Part shown: positions 8,170 to 15,220 of the stretch, in pieces | Layout of the letters: each line of letters begins with the position of its first letter | How positions within the stretch are numbered: position 1 is the stretch's first letter | Source of the DNA: Candidatus Micrarchaeia archaeon | GTDB taxonomy: Archaea > Micrarchaeota > Micrarchaeia > Anstonellales > J096 | DNA: 15,940 nucleotides | Direction of reading: 5' to 3' | Assembly (NCBI GenBank): GCA_041500405.1 | Contig: JBGQMB010000021.1 | Span: 1 to 15,940, forward strand | Notes under the pieces: generated by a model | Told to the model about the DNA's origin: nothing | The model's database searches: none | What the model saw: only the letters and a program-made list of their open reading frames with translations | Made by a program: the position numbers and the translations under genes

Positions 8170-8601
8170 TCATGCCTCTATTTTTGCGGGCTGCTTTGCC
8201 TCGGCCTTCTTTTCCTTGGCTTCTGTCTTTGCCTCTTCCTTGGGCTCTGCCTTTTTCTTCACCCGCTTTGCAATCGCCTTTATGTCTCCCCTTGACACAA
8301 GCACTACATTGGACGGCTGTATCGCGACAGCGACCTCCTTCTTGCTCCTGGAGTTTGTCTTTGTTATGCCCTCAAGGTCTATTGTTCCCTTAACGTAATT
8401 GACCGCAAGGACCTGGCCAATTTTGCCACTGTATGCGCCCCTTGCGACCCTGACAGTGTCGCCTTTCCTTATCAGCACCGACCTGGATGGGATATTCAGC
8501 TTTTTTCCCGTCTCCCTGTCAACATGAACCATGAGCCTGTGCTTCCTTGCGTGCTGGGCGGGCATGTAAAAGGCCCGCCTTGTTGTCCTTATCGTTCCCA
8601 T
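8170..8601 (-). CDS. rpl24: 50S ribosomal protein uL24
   Basis: RSVLIRKGDTVRVARG KOW motif and IQPSNV; K/E/A-rich tail. Confidence 0.95.
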   Translation of the reverse strand: MGTIRTTRRAFYMPAQHARKHRLMVHVDRETGKKLNIPSRSVLIRKGDTVRVARGAYSGKIGQVLAVNYVKGTIDLEGITKTNSRSKKEVAVAIQPSNVVLVSRGDIKAIAKRVKKKAEPKEEAKTEAKEKKAEAKQPAKIEA

Positions 8602-9000
8602 TCAGACCACCATGGCCGCAATCGCGGACACCTTCGGGTATCTTTCCGCCACTTCCCTTGCTATCACGCCTTTGATTTCAGTTCCGACCGGAAGCCCGTC
8701 CTCGTTTATCAGGACCGCGGCATTGTCCTCAAAGGAAACCCTTGTGCCGTTCGGCCTTTTGTACTCCTTTTTCTGCCTCGTTATGACTGCAATGACCTTT
8801 GTCCCGACCATCTTCGTGTCGCCCTTTACGACAGAGCATATTATGGTGTCGCCGACGCCTGCGGTGGGATACCTGTTCCTGACTCCCTTGTACTTCTTGA
8901 GCCCGATGAGCTTCAGTATCTGCGCGCCGCTGTTGTCGTCGCACCTGATGCGGGCCAGCAGGCCGAGCGTCTTTGTGACCTTTGACGTCAATCCCTTCAT
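8602..9000 (-). CDS. rpl14: 50S ribosomal protein uL14
   Basis: CDDNSGA, AGVGD, FEDNAAV and KGVIAREVAER motifs. Start ATG 9000 gives a typical 132-aa protein. Confidence 0.98.
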   Translation of the reverse strand: MKGLTSKVTKTLGLLARIRCDDNSGAQILKLIGLKKYKGVRNRYPTAGVGDTIICSVVKGDTKMVGTKVIAVITRQKKEYKRPNGTRVSFEDNAAVLINEDGLPVGTEIKGVIAREVAERYPKVSAIAAMVV

Positions 9001-9001
9001 T

Positions 9002-9325
9002 TCATTCACCTTTTGGTTCCGCGGCCCTGCTGACCAGCGCGGTTATGACCCAGTTCTTTGTCCTGCTGAGCTTGCGCGTCTGCTGGGCCTCAATGACATC
9101 CCCAAGCCCAATGGATATGCCTTCGGGAACATGAACATGTATCTTGCTCTTCTCTATGGCAACCCTCTTGTACTTGTGGAGCGTCTTGGAGAATTCCCTC
9201 TCTATCGTGACCGTGTTCTTCATCTTTGTCGAGACAACGGTTCCCTTGACCTTCATTCCCCTGGAGGATATGCATTCCTCCTTGACCCTGTTCACTATGT
9301 CCTCGTTGATTTTTTCCAGCTTCAT
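9002..9325 (-). CDS. rps17: 30S ribosomal protein uS17
   Basis: RG...GTVVSTKMKNTVTIER, KYKR, HVH, GDVI and RKLSRTK motifs. Confidence 0.96.
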   Translation of the reverse strand: MKLEKINEDIVNRVKEECISSRGMKVKGTVVSTKMKNTVTIEREFSKTLHKYKRVAIEKSKIHVHVPEGISIGLGDVIEAQQTRKLSRTKNWVITALVSRAAEPKGE

Positions 9326-9708
9326 ACTACCATCCCTTTTTTGGTCCTTTCTATCGGGTCCCTCTCAAGCGACGCGCCGTCGAGGGAAACCATTTTCCCG
9401 TTAATGTCAAACGCGAAAACGTTTCCGCGCTTCGGAACCACGCACGTTTTTGCCTTGGAGCGGATGTGCAACGTATTCCTCGTTTCCCACACCACAATTC
9501 CCTTTGTCCCTTCGTACGTGGACGACGACCTGCTTACGCAGGCCTTCAGCCCTATCAGCTCATGCTGCGCAAGGTTCTCCGCATTTCTTCTGCCTAGGAG
9601 GACTCTATCGCTTCCTTCTTGAAGCCCATCGACGACAGTATCTCCGGAACCCTTTTCATGTGGTTTCCCTGGAGAATGATATACTCCTCCTTTATTGAAC
9701 CTCCGCAT
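9322..9708 (-). CDS. rnp1: Ribonuclease P protein subunit Rpp29 (POP4/Rnp1)
   Basis: NLAQHELIGL, GIVVWETRNTL, VPK, F.F and PIERTK motifs; canonical position between SUI1 and uS17. Start uncertain: the only in-frame ATG upstream of the conserved core is 9708, inside sui1. Confidence 0.9.
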   Translation of the reverse strand: MRRFNKGGVYHSPGKPHEKGSGDTVVDGLQEGSDRVLLGRRNAENLAQHELIGLKACVSRSSSTYEGTKGIVVWETRNTLHIRSKAKTCVVPKRGNVFAFDINGKMVSLDGASLERDPIERTKKGMVV

Positions 9709-9899
9709 GCCAGCTTCCTCTTCAGTTCCTTGAGGGTTTCCTTGATTTGCTTTTTGTCAAGGCCCTCAACAACAGTGACAAGCTTGTTGAACTTCGCTTT
9801 TGCGGTGTAGACCTTTATCCGCCGCGTTTCCTCCTTGTCCAGAAGGTCGCAGACGCAGAGGTCTTTTGGCAGACCGCACGTTTGGCATATTTCACCCAA
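9594..9899 (-). CDS. sui1: Translation initiation factor SUI1/aIF1
   Basis: CQTCGLPKDLCVC Zn motif, KLVTVVEG, LKRKLACGGS and ILQGNH motifs. TTG start with SD GAGGTG (9908-9913) 8 nt upstream. Confidence 0.96.
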   Translation of the reverse strand: MGEICQTCGLPKDLCVCDLLDKEETRRIKVYTAKAKFNKLVTVVEGLDKKQIKETLKELKRKLACGGSIKEEYIILQGNHMKRVPEILSSMGFKKEAIESS

Positions 9900-9934
9900 T
9901 CTTGTTGCACCTCTTCACATCTTCTGTATATATC

Positions 9935-9942
9935 CTTTTAAA
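9935..9942 (-). promoter_or_regulatory. Possible internal TATA box upstream of sui1
   Basis: TTTAAAAG (and TATATA at 9927-9932) in the 48-nt AT-rich uL29-sui1 spacer, the largest gap in the operon. Confidence 0.4.
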
Positions 9943-9947
9943 TGTTG

Positions 9948-10235
9948 TTATTTTTTCGCCTTTTTCTCCGCCTTGGGAGCCTGTTTTTTTGGCTCTGGCG
10001 CCTTTGGCGGCTTCGCCGGGCTTTTTTGCGCGGGCTTTGTTTCCGCCTTGGCCTGTTCCGCCCTCTTGCGCTCGTTCATCACCGTGAGTATCCTTGCCAC
10101 GAGCTTCTTTAGGGACTGCTTGCGCCCGTACTTTGTGTCCGGAAGCGTCGCAATCTCCTTGCCGAAGTTCTCTAGGTCCTTCGCAAGCTCGTCGTTGGTC
10201 TTTTCCCTGAAATCCTTAGCTTTTGGCAACGGCAT
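9948..10235 (-). CDS. rpl29: 50S ribosomal protein uL29 with P/A/K-rich C-terminal extension
   Basis: KAKDFREKTNDEL...LKKLVARILTVMNE; follows uS3. ATG 10235 after GGAGGGTG SD (GTG 10244 is an alternative start). Confidence 0.9.
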   Translation of the reverse strand: MPLPKAKDFREKTNDELAKDLENFGKEIATLPDTKYGRKQSLKKLVARILTVMNERKRAEQAKAETKPAQKSPAKPPKAPEPKKQAPKAEKKAKK

Positions 10236-10920
10236 TTTCTGCACCCTCCTGCTTTGCGCCTTGTGCCGGCGCTTCTTCCTTTTCAGCCGCTTCCGCGGCC
10301 TTTTTCTGCTCCGCCTTCGCCATCTGGTCCACCTTGTCCGGCAGATATATGCCAGGCGGCGCTATCCTGACCGTAACCCCAATAACTCCGGATTTCGTCA
10401 CTATTGGATACTTTACGGTCCTGACTTCCTTTACCGGGTTTCCTGCCTTTGGCACGAATCCGGCATAGACCTTGATTTTCCTTGACTTTGCGCCCTTTGC
10501 GCCGATCTTTCCCTGCGCGATGAGTTCCGCGCCTATCGCCCCGTTCTGCATGATGCCGCTCAACAGCCTGTAAAGGACAGACCTTGCCTTCTTGCCCATC
10601 TCAAGCTCCTTGGCCGCCTTCCTTGCGATTATCCTGGGCTCAAGCCACGGGTTCTTTATCTCAATAAGGCTTATCTTCGGGTTCTCTATCTTGAACTCCA
10701 TGGAAAGAAGCTGCGCCGCCCTTGCTATGAGCCTGCTCTTCCTGTTCATGAAGCCCCTTGGGTCCATGACCTCGATGTATATCCTGGTCTCGATTGGCGA
10801 CCGCTTTATGTCTATGTTGGCTATCCAAACCCTGGAAAAGTAGTTCTCAAGGAACTCGATTATCCTTTTCTTGAGCACCGGCTCCTCTATGAACTTCTTC
10901 CTTATGCTCTTCATTACCAT
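10216..10920 (-). CDS. rps3: 30S ribosomal protein uS3
   Basis: KH-like N-terminal domain, NPWLEP, IMQNGAIGAE, GKI and KSGVIGVTVRI motifs. Confidence 0.96.
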   Translation of the reverse strand: MVMKSIRKKFIEEPVLKKRIIEFLENYFSRVWIANIDIKRSPIETRIYIEVMDPRGFMNRKSRLIARAAQLLSMEFKIENPKISLIEIKNPWLEPRIIARKAAKELEMGKKARSVLYRLLSGIMQNGAIGAELIAQGKIGAKGAKSRKIKVYAGFVPKAGNPVKEVRTVKYPIVTKSGVIGVTVRIAPPGIYLPDKVDQMAKAEQKKAAEAAEKEEAPAQGAKQEGAENAVAKS

Positions 10921-10926
10921 GCAGTT

Positions 10927-11424
10927 TCACCTTTTTTTGGGCGCCTTCGCCTTTTCGCCCGCCTTCGGGGCTTCCGCCTTGATTGGCGCCTCCGACAATA
11001 TTATCTCAACCCTTGACGTCGAAAAGTCGTGCCTCTTCCTAAGGCCCTTGGGCTGCAGCCTTCCGAACACCATCTTCTTGTTCGCGCACGCATGCCTGAC
11101 GACCAATCTGTCCTCGGCAAGGCCCTTCGCCCTTGCGTTGGCTATCGCGCTCTGCACGACCTTGAGCACTATCGCAACGGACTTGATTGGATACCTTCCC
11201 TTCCTTCCGCCAAGCTCCCTCCTGTGCCCAAGATGCTTGTTGTGGCTCCTATATAGGATAGGGATTTGCATCTTTGCCGCCTTCTGGAGAAGCGAAACGG
11301 CCTTTGCGACCGTCTTTCCCCTGATGTTGCCGCAGACCTCGGCAAGGTCCTTGAAGCTCGCATCAACGCCCTCCAGCCTGGCCTTGGCGCACTTTTCCTC
11401 GTTATCCGGCTTGAATGAATACAT
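10927..11424 (-). CDS. rpl22: 50S ribosomal protein uL22
   Basis: ASFK..EVCGNIRG, GRYPIKS and AIANA..KGL motifs. ATG 11424 after AAGGTG (GTG 11439 is an alternative start). Confidence 0.96.
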   Translation of the reverse strand: MYSFKPDNEEKCAKARLEGVDASFKDLAEVCGNIRGKTVAKAVSLLQKAAKMQIPILYRSHNKHLGHRRELGGRKGRYPIKSVAIVLKVVQSAIANARAKGLAEDRLVVRHACANKKMVFGRLQPKGLRKRHDFSTSRVEIILSEAPIKAEAPKAGEKAKAPKKR

Positions 11425-11435
11425 GTTCTGCACCT

Positions 11436-11846
11436 TCACTTGACGGATATGAACTTGCTTCCCCTCGTGGCCCCAATGCCTGGTCCCGAGTGCTTTCCGA
11501 AAATTGTCGTGTAGCTGTACTCGCCGAGCCGATGGCCCAGCTTTTCAACCGTTATGTCAACATCCTTCCATTCCCTGCCGTTGTAGACCTTGAACCCCAT
11601 TCCAAGCCATTCCGGGATGATCACCGCTTCCCTGCAGTGCGTCCTCACGGGCTTGCTTACGCCCTTCTTTTTCATGGCCCTTATCTTGTCTATGAGCTGC
11701 ATGTATTCGATGTTCATGCCCTTGAGCGCCCTCAGGATTGCCCTTCTGCCCCTGGACTTCGCCATTTTCGCGAACTCCTCGATGGGCATGGCTTTCAATT
11801 GGGCGGCTTCCAGTCCCCTGTACTGCGGATTTTTTAGCATACTCAT
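11436..11846 (-). CDS. rps19: 30S ribosomal protein uS19
   Basis: YRG, RTHCRE, IIPEW, VYNG, GHRLGEY and HSGPGIGATRGSKF motifs. Start at 11846 or 11840. Confidence 0.97.
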   Translation of the reverse strand: MSMLKNPQYRGLEAAQLKAMPIEEFAKMAKSRGRRAILRALKGMNIEYMQLIDKIRAMKKKGVSKPVRTHCREAVIIPEWLGMGFKVYNGREWKDVDITVEKLGHRLGEYSYTTIFGKHSGPGIGATRGSKFISVK

Positions 11847-11851
11847 TCACC

Positions 11852-12601
11852 TCATTGGTTCTCCTCGGTCTGCACGGCTTTTGCGCCCCTTCCCGTCTGC
11901 CTTGACGCTATGTGGCCGACCTTCCTTCCAGGCGGGGCATTCCTGCTCACGCTGCTTGACTTGCCCTTGTGGTGCTGCTTCCCGCCGAACGGATGGTCAA
12001 ACGGCGACATCTTGACTCCCCTGTTCTTTGGCCAGAGATGGCGCCTTGCCCTGTGCTTGTGGAATGCGTTTCCGGCCTTGAGCAGGGGCTTGTCCTTGAC
12101 GCCGCCTCCCGATATGACGCCGATCTGCGCCCTTGAGTCGGGATTCAGCTTTATTATCTGCTTGCTTGGCATCTTCACGTAAACGAACCTGTCGTCCTTT
12201 GAGACGATGATTGCGTACGTTCCGGATGCCTTGATGAACTTTCCCCTGTCCCCGGGGCTCCTTTCAATATTATAGATATAGGTTCCGTCCGGTATTGCGT
12301 AAAGCGGCATTATGTTCCCTATGCTTACCTTTGCCTGCGAGCCTATCTGTATGTTGTCGCCTATTGCAATGCCTTCCGGCGCGATTATGTGGAGTTTTGA
12401 GTTGTCATCCAGCTTGACGAGCGCAAGGATGCTTGTCCTTCCGGGGTCGTCGACGAATTCCATGACCTCGCCTGCTATGACGCCTGTCTTTTCCAGGTCG
12501 TCGTACGGCCTGAGCGCAACGTCAACCTTGAACCTGTGGCTTGGCGCCTTGTACTTGGGCGTCCCCTTTCCCCTTACCTGTTGCTTTAGCCTTTTTCCCA
12601 T
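11852..12601 (-). CDS. rpl2: 50S ribosomal protein uL2
   Basis: MGKRLKQQVRGKG, DPGR, KAG, WPKNRGVKM, DHPFGG and APPGRKVGHIA motifs. Confidence 0.98.
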   Translation of the reverse strand: MGKRLKQQVRGKGTPKYKAPSHRFKVDVALRPYDDLEKTGVIAGEVMEFVDDPGRTSILALVKLDDNSKLHIIAPEGIAIGDNIQIGSQAKVSIGNIMPLYAIPDGTYIYNIERSPGDRGKFIKASGTYAIIVSKDDRFVYVKMPSKQIIKLNPDSRAQIGVISGGGVKDKPLLKAGNAFHKHRARRHLWPKNRGVKMSPFDHPFGGKQHHKGKSSSVSRNAPPGRKVGHIASRQTGRGAKAVQTEENQ

Positions 12602-12613
12602 CCGAAATCACCG

Positions 12614-12862
12614 TCACACTAGGTTAAGCGATGCTGCCAGCTCGTCGACATCGACGTTGTCCGCAAACGTAACGTACGCAATTTTCTTGCCCTTGAAGTT
12701 TATGTGGGTCCTTACCGCCTTTACCCTCTTGCCCAGCATTTTCTCTATTGCCGCCTTTATCTCCGGCTTGTTGGACCTGTTGTCCACGACGAACGGGACT
12801 GTCTTCTTGAAGCTTGCCATGTTGACCGCCTTTTCGGTCTTGACGACGCCCTTTATTATCAT
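12614..12862 (-). CDS. rpl23: 50S ribosomal protein uL23
   Basis: TEKA, FVV, NKPEIKAAIE, VRT and GKKIAYV motifs. Confidence 0.96.
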   Translation of the reverse strand: MIIKGVVKTEKAVNMASFKKTVPFVVDNRSNKPEIKAAIEKMLGKRVKAVRTHINFKGKKIAYVTFADNVDVDELAASLNLV

Positions 12863-13659
12863 TTCTTTTCACCCCAAATTGCCGCAAGCTCCTTAAGCGC
12901 CTTTGCGCTTATCACTATGGGCCTTCCGGGCTTCGCGCCTGGCGCCAGGTTTTTCACCTTAAGCGCCTTTGGCGTCGTTGTTTCAACGCCCGGTATGTTC
13001 CTGCCCGCCTTCAGCGCGGCGGAACCCTCTGACGCGATTATCAGCGCGGATTTCGGGTAGAGCTTCTGCTTCGCCCTCCTGCTCCTTATTCCGCTCCTGA
13101 TCCTCTTGCCCCTTTGCGACCTTTCAATGTCCTCCTTCATGAAAACATTGAGGACATCAAGCATTTCCCTTGTCTTTTTTATTGACTCAAAGCTGTCCGC
13201 AAGCACCGCAGGATACTTGTCCCCGATGATGTGGCCCCTTGCCTTGACCGCCTTCACTGAAAGCGATGCTGAAATGGCGGAGCGCATTGCCTTTGCGAAC
13301 TCCTTCTTGTTTATTTCCTCTATTATGATCTTTTCCGGCTTCGGCGGGTGCGCCCTCCTTCCCTTTACCGAGGACGGAATCCTCCTTACCCTTCCGGGAG
13401 TGCCGCCTCCGTAGAATTCCCTTGGCAGCATGGCCTGGCCCCTGTTCTTCAGGGACGCGTAGGCCTCCTTCCTTCCCCTGTACTGCGCGGAGGTCTGAAG
13501 CCCGGCCCACCTGTACGCCCCTTTTGGCTGGTACTCCCTGCTCTCCTCGCTCAGGACTGCCCTCCTTATTATGTCCTCCCTTATCTCGCCTGCGATTGAT
13601 TCCGGTATCTGGATTTCATCGACAGGCTTTCCGGACACGTCATAAACCTTGAGTTTCAT
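12859..13659 (-). CDS. rpl4: 50S ribosomal protein uL4
   Basis: REDIIRRAV, AG..TSA, GRRAHPPK, INKKE, RNIPGVE and LAPG..PGR motifs. Confidence 0.97.
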   Translation of the reverse strand: MKLKVYDVSGKPVDEIQIPESIAGEIREDIIRRAVLSEESREYQPKGAYRWAGLQTSAQYRGRKEAYASLKNRGQAMLPREFYGGGTPGRVRRIPSSVKGRRAHPPKPEKIIIEEINKKEFAKAMRSAISASLSVKAVKARGHIIGDKYPAVLADSFESIKKTREMLDVLNVFMKEDIERSQRGKRIRSGIRSRRAKQKLYPKSALIIASEGSAALKAGRNIPGVETTTPKALKVKNLAPGAKPGRPIVISAKALKELAAIWGEKK

Positions 13660-13668
13660 TTCAATCCC

Positions 13669-14622
13669 TCAGTTCTTTGGCTCCTTGGAAATGTATGTGA
13701 CGCTTGCCGCCACTATGTTGCTTTTCCTCATCGCATACCTTAGGCGAACCATTCTCCTTGTCGGTCCGGCAACCGAGCCTTTCACCAAGATATAATCATT
13801 CTTCACGAAGCCGTAGTGCGGGAATCCCGAAGACGGGTTCACCTGGTCGACGGCATCCGATTTGCCGACATTGACTATCCATTTTGAGAGCTCCATCCTC
13901 TTGTGGTAGCCCATCTGTCCAGCCCTTGGGGCGGTGTACATGACGTACCCCGGCTTGAACGAGCCGATTGGCGCAGTGTGCCTGACCTTTCCGGTCGCCT
14001 TCGGCCTCTGCTTTGCGGCATGGAACCTCTTTATCACGCCCTGCCAGCCCTTTCCCTTCGTTATTGCGGCTATGTCGACGAATTGGCCGGGCTTTAGCAC
14101 GTCTGTTGCGTGGATTTCCTTTCCAAGCAGCGTCTTTGCGTAGTCGAGCTTTTCATTTGCGTTTGCCCCTCCCACGCCTATCTCCATCCTTTCGATGTGC
14201 TTCTTGCCCATGAGCGTCTTTGACGGCTGCGCGTATGCGAGGACCCTTATGTCCTCGAATTCCCCGCCTTCCTTCATTGATGATTTCACCGTCCCGTTTG
14301 TCGGGGCGATGAACTTGAGTATTTCCTTGTTGTCGGTAAAGAGGTCGTACGACCTGTTGTTGGAGTATCCCCTGACGCCGTAAACAACGATTGGCGGCGC
14401 CTCCAAAACCGTGGCGCCCAGCGTGACTTCCATCCCGGTTGTCGGCGCCTTTGTCTTGTCGACGTAGCTTACGCTCGTCATTCCGGCCTTGTATGCCGGG
14501 AAGTCCAGCAGGGTCTTTTCCTTGACCTCCGGCCAGAATGAAATTTCCGGCATCTGGCTCTCCGCCCTTTTCCTTGGCCTGTATGCCAATGAGCCTCTCC
14601 TTGGCTTGTTTATGTCTGACAT
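13669..14622 (-). CDS. rpl3: 50S ribosomal protein uL3
   Basis: PRRGSLAYRPRKRA, YKAGMT, TKGKGWQGVIKR, RAGQMGYHKR and GFPHYG motifs. Confidence 0.98.
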   Translation of the reverse strand: MSDINKPRRGSLAYRPRKRAESQMPEISFWPEVKEKTLLDFPAYKAGMTSVSYVDKTKAPTTGMEVTLGATVLEAPPIVVYGVRGYSNNRSYDLFTDNKEILKFIAPTNGTVKSSMKEGGEFEDIRVLAYAQPSKTLMGKKHIERMEIGVGGANANEKLDYAKTLLGKEIHATDVLKPGQFVDIAAITKGKGWQGVIKRFHAAKQRPKATGKVRHTAPIGSFKPGYVMYTAPRAGQMGYHKRMELSKWIVNVGKSDAVDQVNPSSGFPHYGFVKNDYILVKGSVAGPTRRMVRLRYAMRKSNIVAASVTYISKEPKN

Positions 14623-14704
14623 TCAACCACCATTCTGCATTCGGCATTGCCCGCAATGGGTTGCCCAATTAACAGATAGATATCCCTCAATTACAGAGGG
14701 AATA

Positions 14705-14712
14705 TTTATAAA
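14705..14712 (-). promoter_or_regulatory. TATA box of the ribosomal protein operon
   Basis: TTTATAAA, about 85 nt upstream of the uL3 ATG, implying a TSS near 14680 and a 5' UTR of roughly 60 nt. Confidence 0.65.
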
Positions 14713-14729
14713 GGTTGTGGGTAAGGAAA

Positions 14730-14746
14730 ATCCCTAAAAAGGAGAA
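14730..14746 (-). terminator. Possible oligo-T archaeal terminator of the accessory gene pair
   Basis: TTCTCCTTTTT immediately after the TAG at 14750-14752 on the minus strand. Confidence 0.35.
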
Positions 14747-14749
14747 TGG

Positions 14750-15220
14750 CTAGGCGCTTCCTGTGTCCTTGAATGCATTATCCCCAAACTCTTTTCTGAC
14801 AGACTCCAATTCGTATTTGCAGTGATTTTTTTTATACTGAAAATCTTTTTTCTGGTCGAGCAGGAGATGCCATATAGGGTCTCCCACCTGTTTTACGGCA
14901 AGCGCCATTACGCTCTCAAGCCCTAAGTAGGCTATGATGCTTCCAAAAAGACTGCCTGCGCCTGCCCCTCCAGTGAATAACGCATGGCGATTCCTGAAAG
15001 CATATTCTGCGGCCTGTTCTAGGCTCGGCGCATTGAAATACCTGTAAAACGGCCCTTGCTCACCCTCCCCGGTTTCTTCATCATAAGGAGTTATGGCCTT
15101 GGCAACATACCTTGGACATTTCCGGGCTTGTCCTGGATTAATATTGTTTTCGCTGGGCAGTATATCCGCCTTTATTTTTGGCGGTTTGCCTTTGGTTTCC
15201 AAGACCCTGGTTTTGTTCAT
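14750..15220 (-). CDS. Hypothetical protein (156 aa) with shared N-terminal KGKPPKIxADILPSE module
   Basis: ATG 15220 overlaps the ankyrin gene stop (ATGA) and follows a purine-rich GGCGGAGA stretch. N-terminus MNKTRVLETKGKPPKIKADILPSE. Gly-rich hydrophobic segment LFTGGAGAGSLFGSIIAYLGL. No family recognised. Confidence 0.7.
   Translation of the reverse strand: MNKTRVLETKGKPPKIKADILPSENNINPGQARKCPRYVAKAITPYDEETGEGEQGPFYRYFNAPSLEQAAEYAFRNRHALFTGGAGAGSLFGSIIAYLGLESVMALAVKQVGDPIWHLLLDQKKDFQYKKNHCKYELESVRKEFGDNAFKDTGSA
15147..15194. repeat. 48-bp direct repeat, copy 1
   Basis: ttttcgctgggcagtatatccgcctttatttttggcggtttgcctttg; 47/48 identical to 15677-15724. Confidence 0.95.

Noticed and set aside
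8612..9622. Long + strand ORFs (8612-9622, 7512-8393, 2200-2895, 9835-10485 and others)
   Set aside because: Antisense shadows of conserved minus-strand genes. They are F/L/S-rich with no motifs and are explained by codon bias.
14153..14668. 171-aa minus-strand ORF overlapping uL3 and its leader
   Set aside because: Alternative frame of uL3 with a TTG start, no SD and no recognisable motif.
13669..14750. No uS10 at the head of the cluster
   Set aside because: Normal for archaea, where uS10 lies with EF-1alpha in the str cluster.
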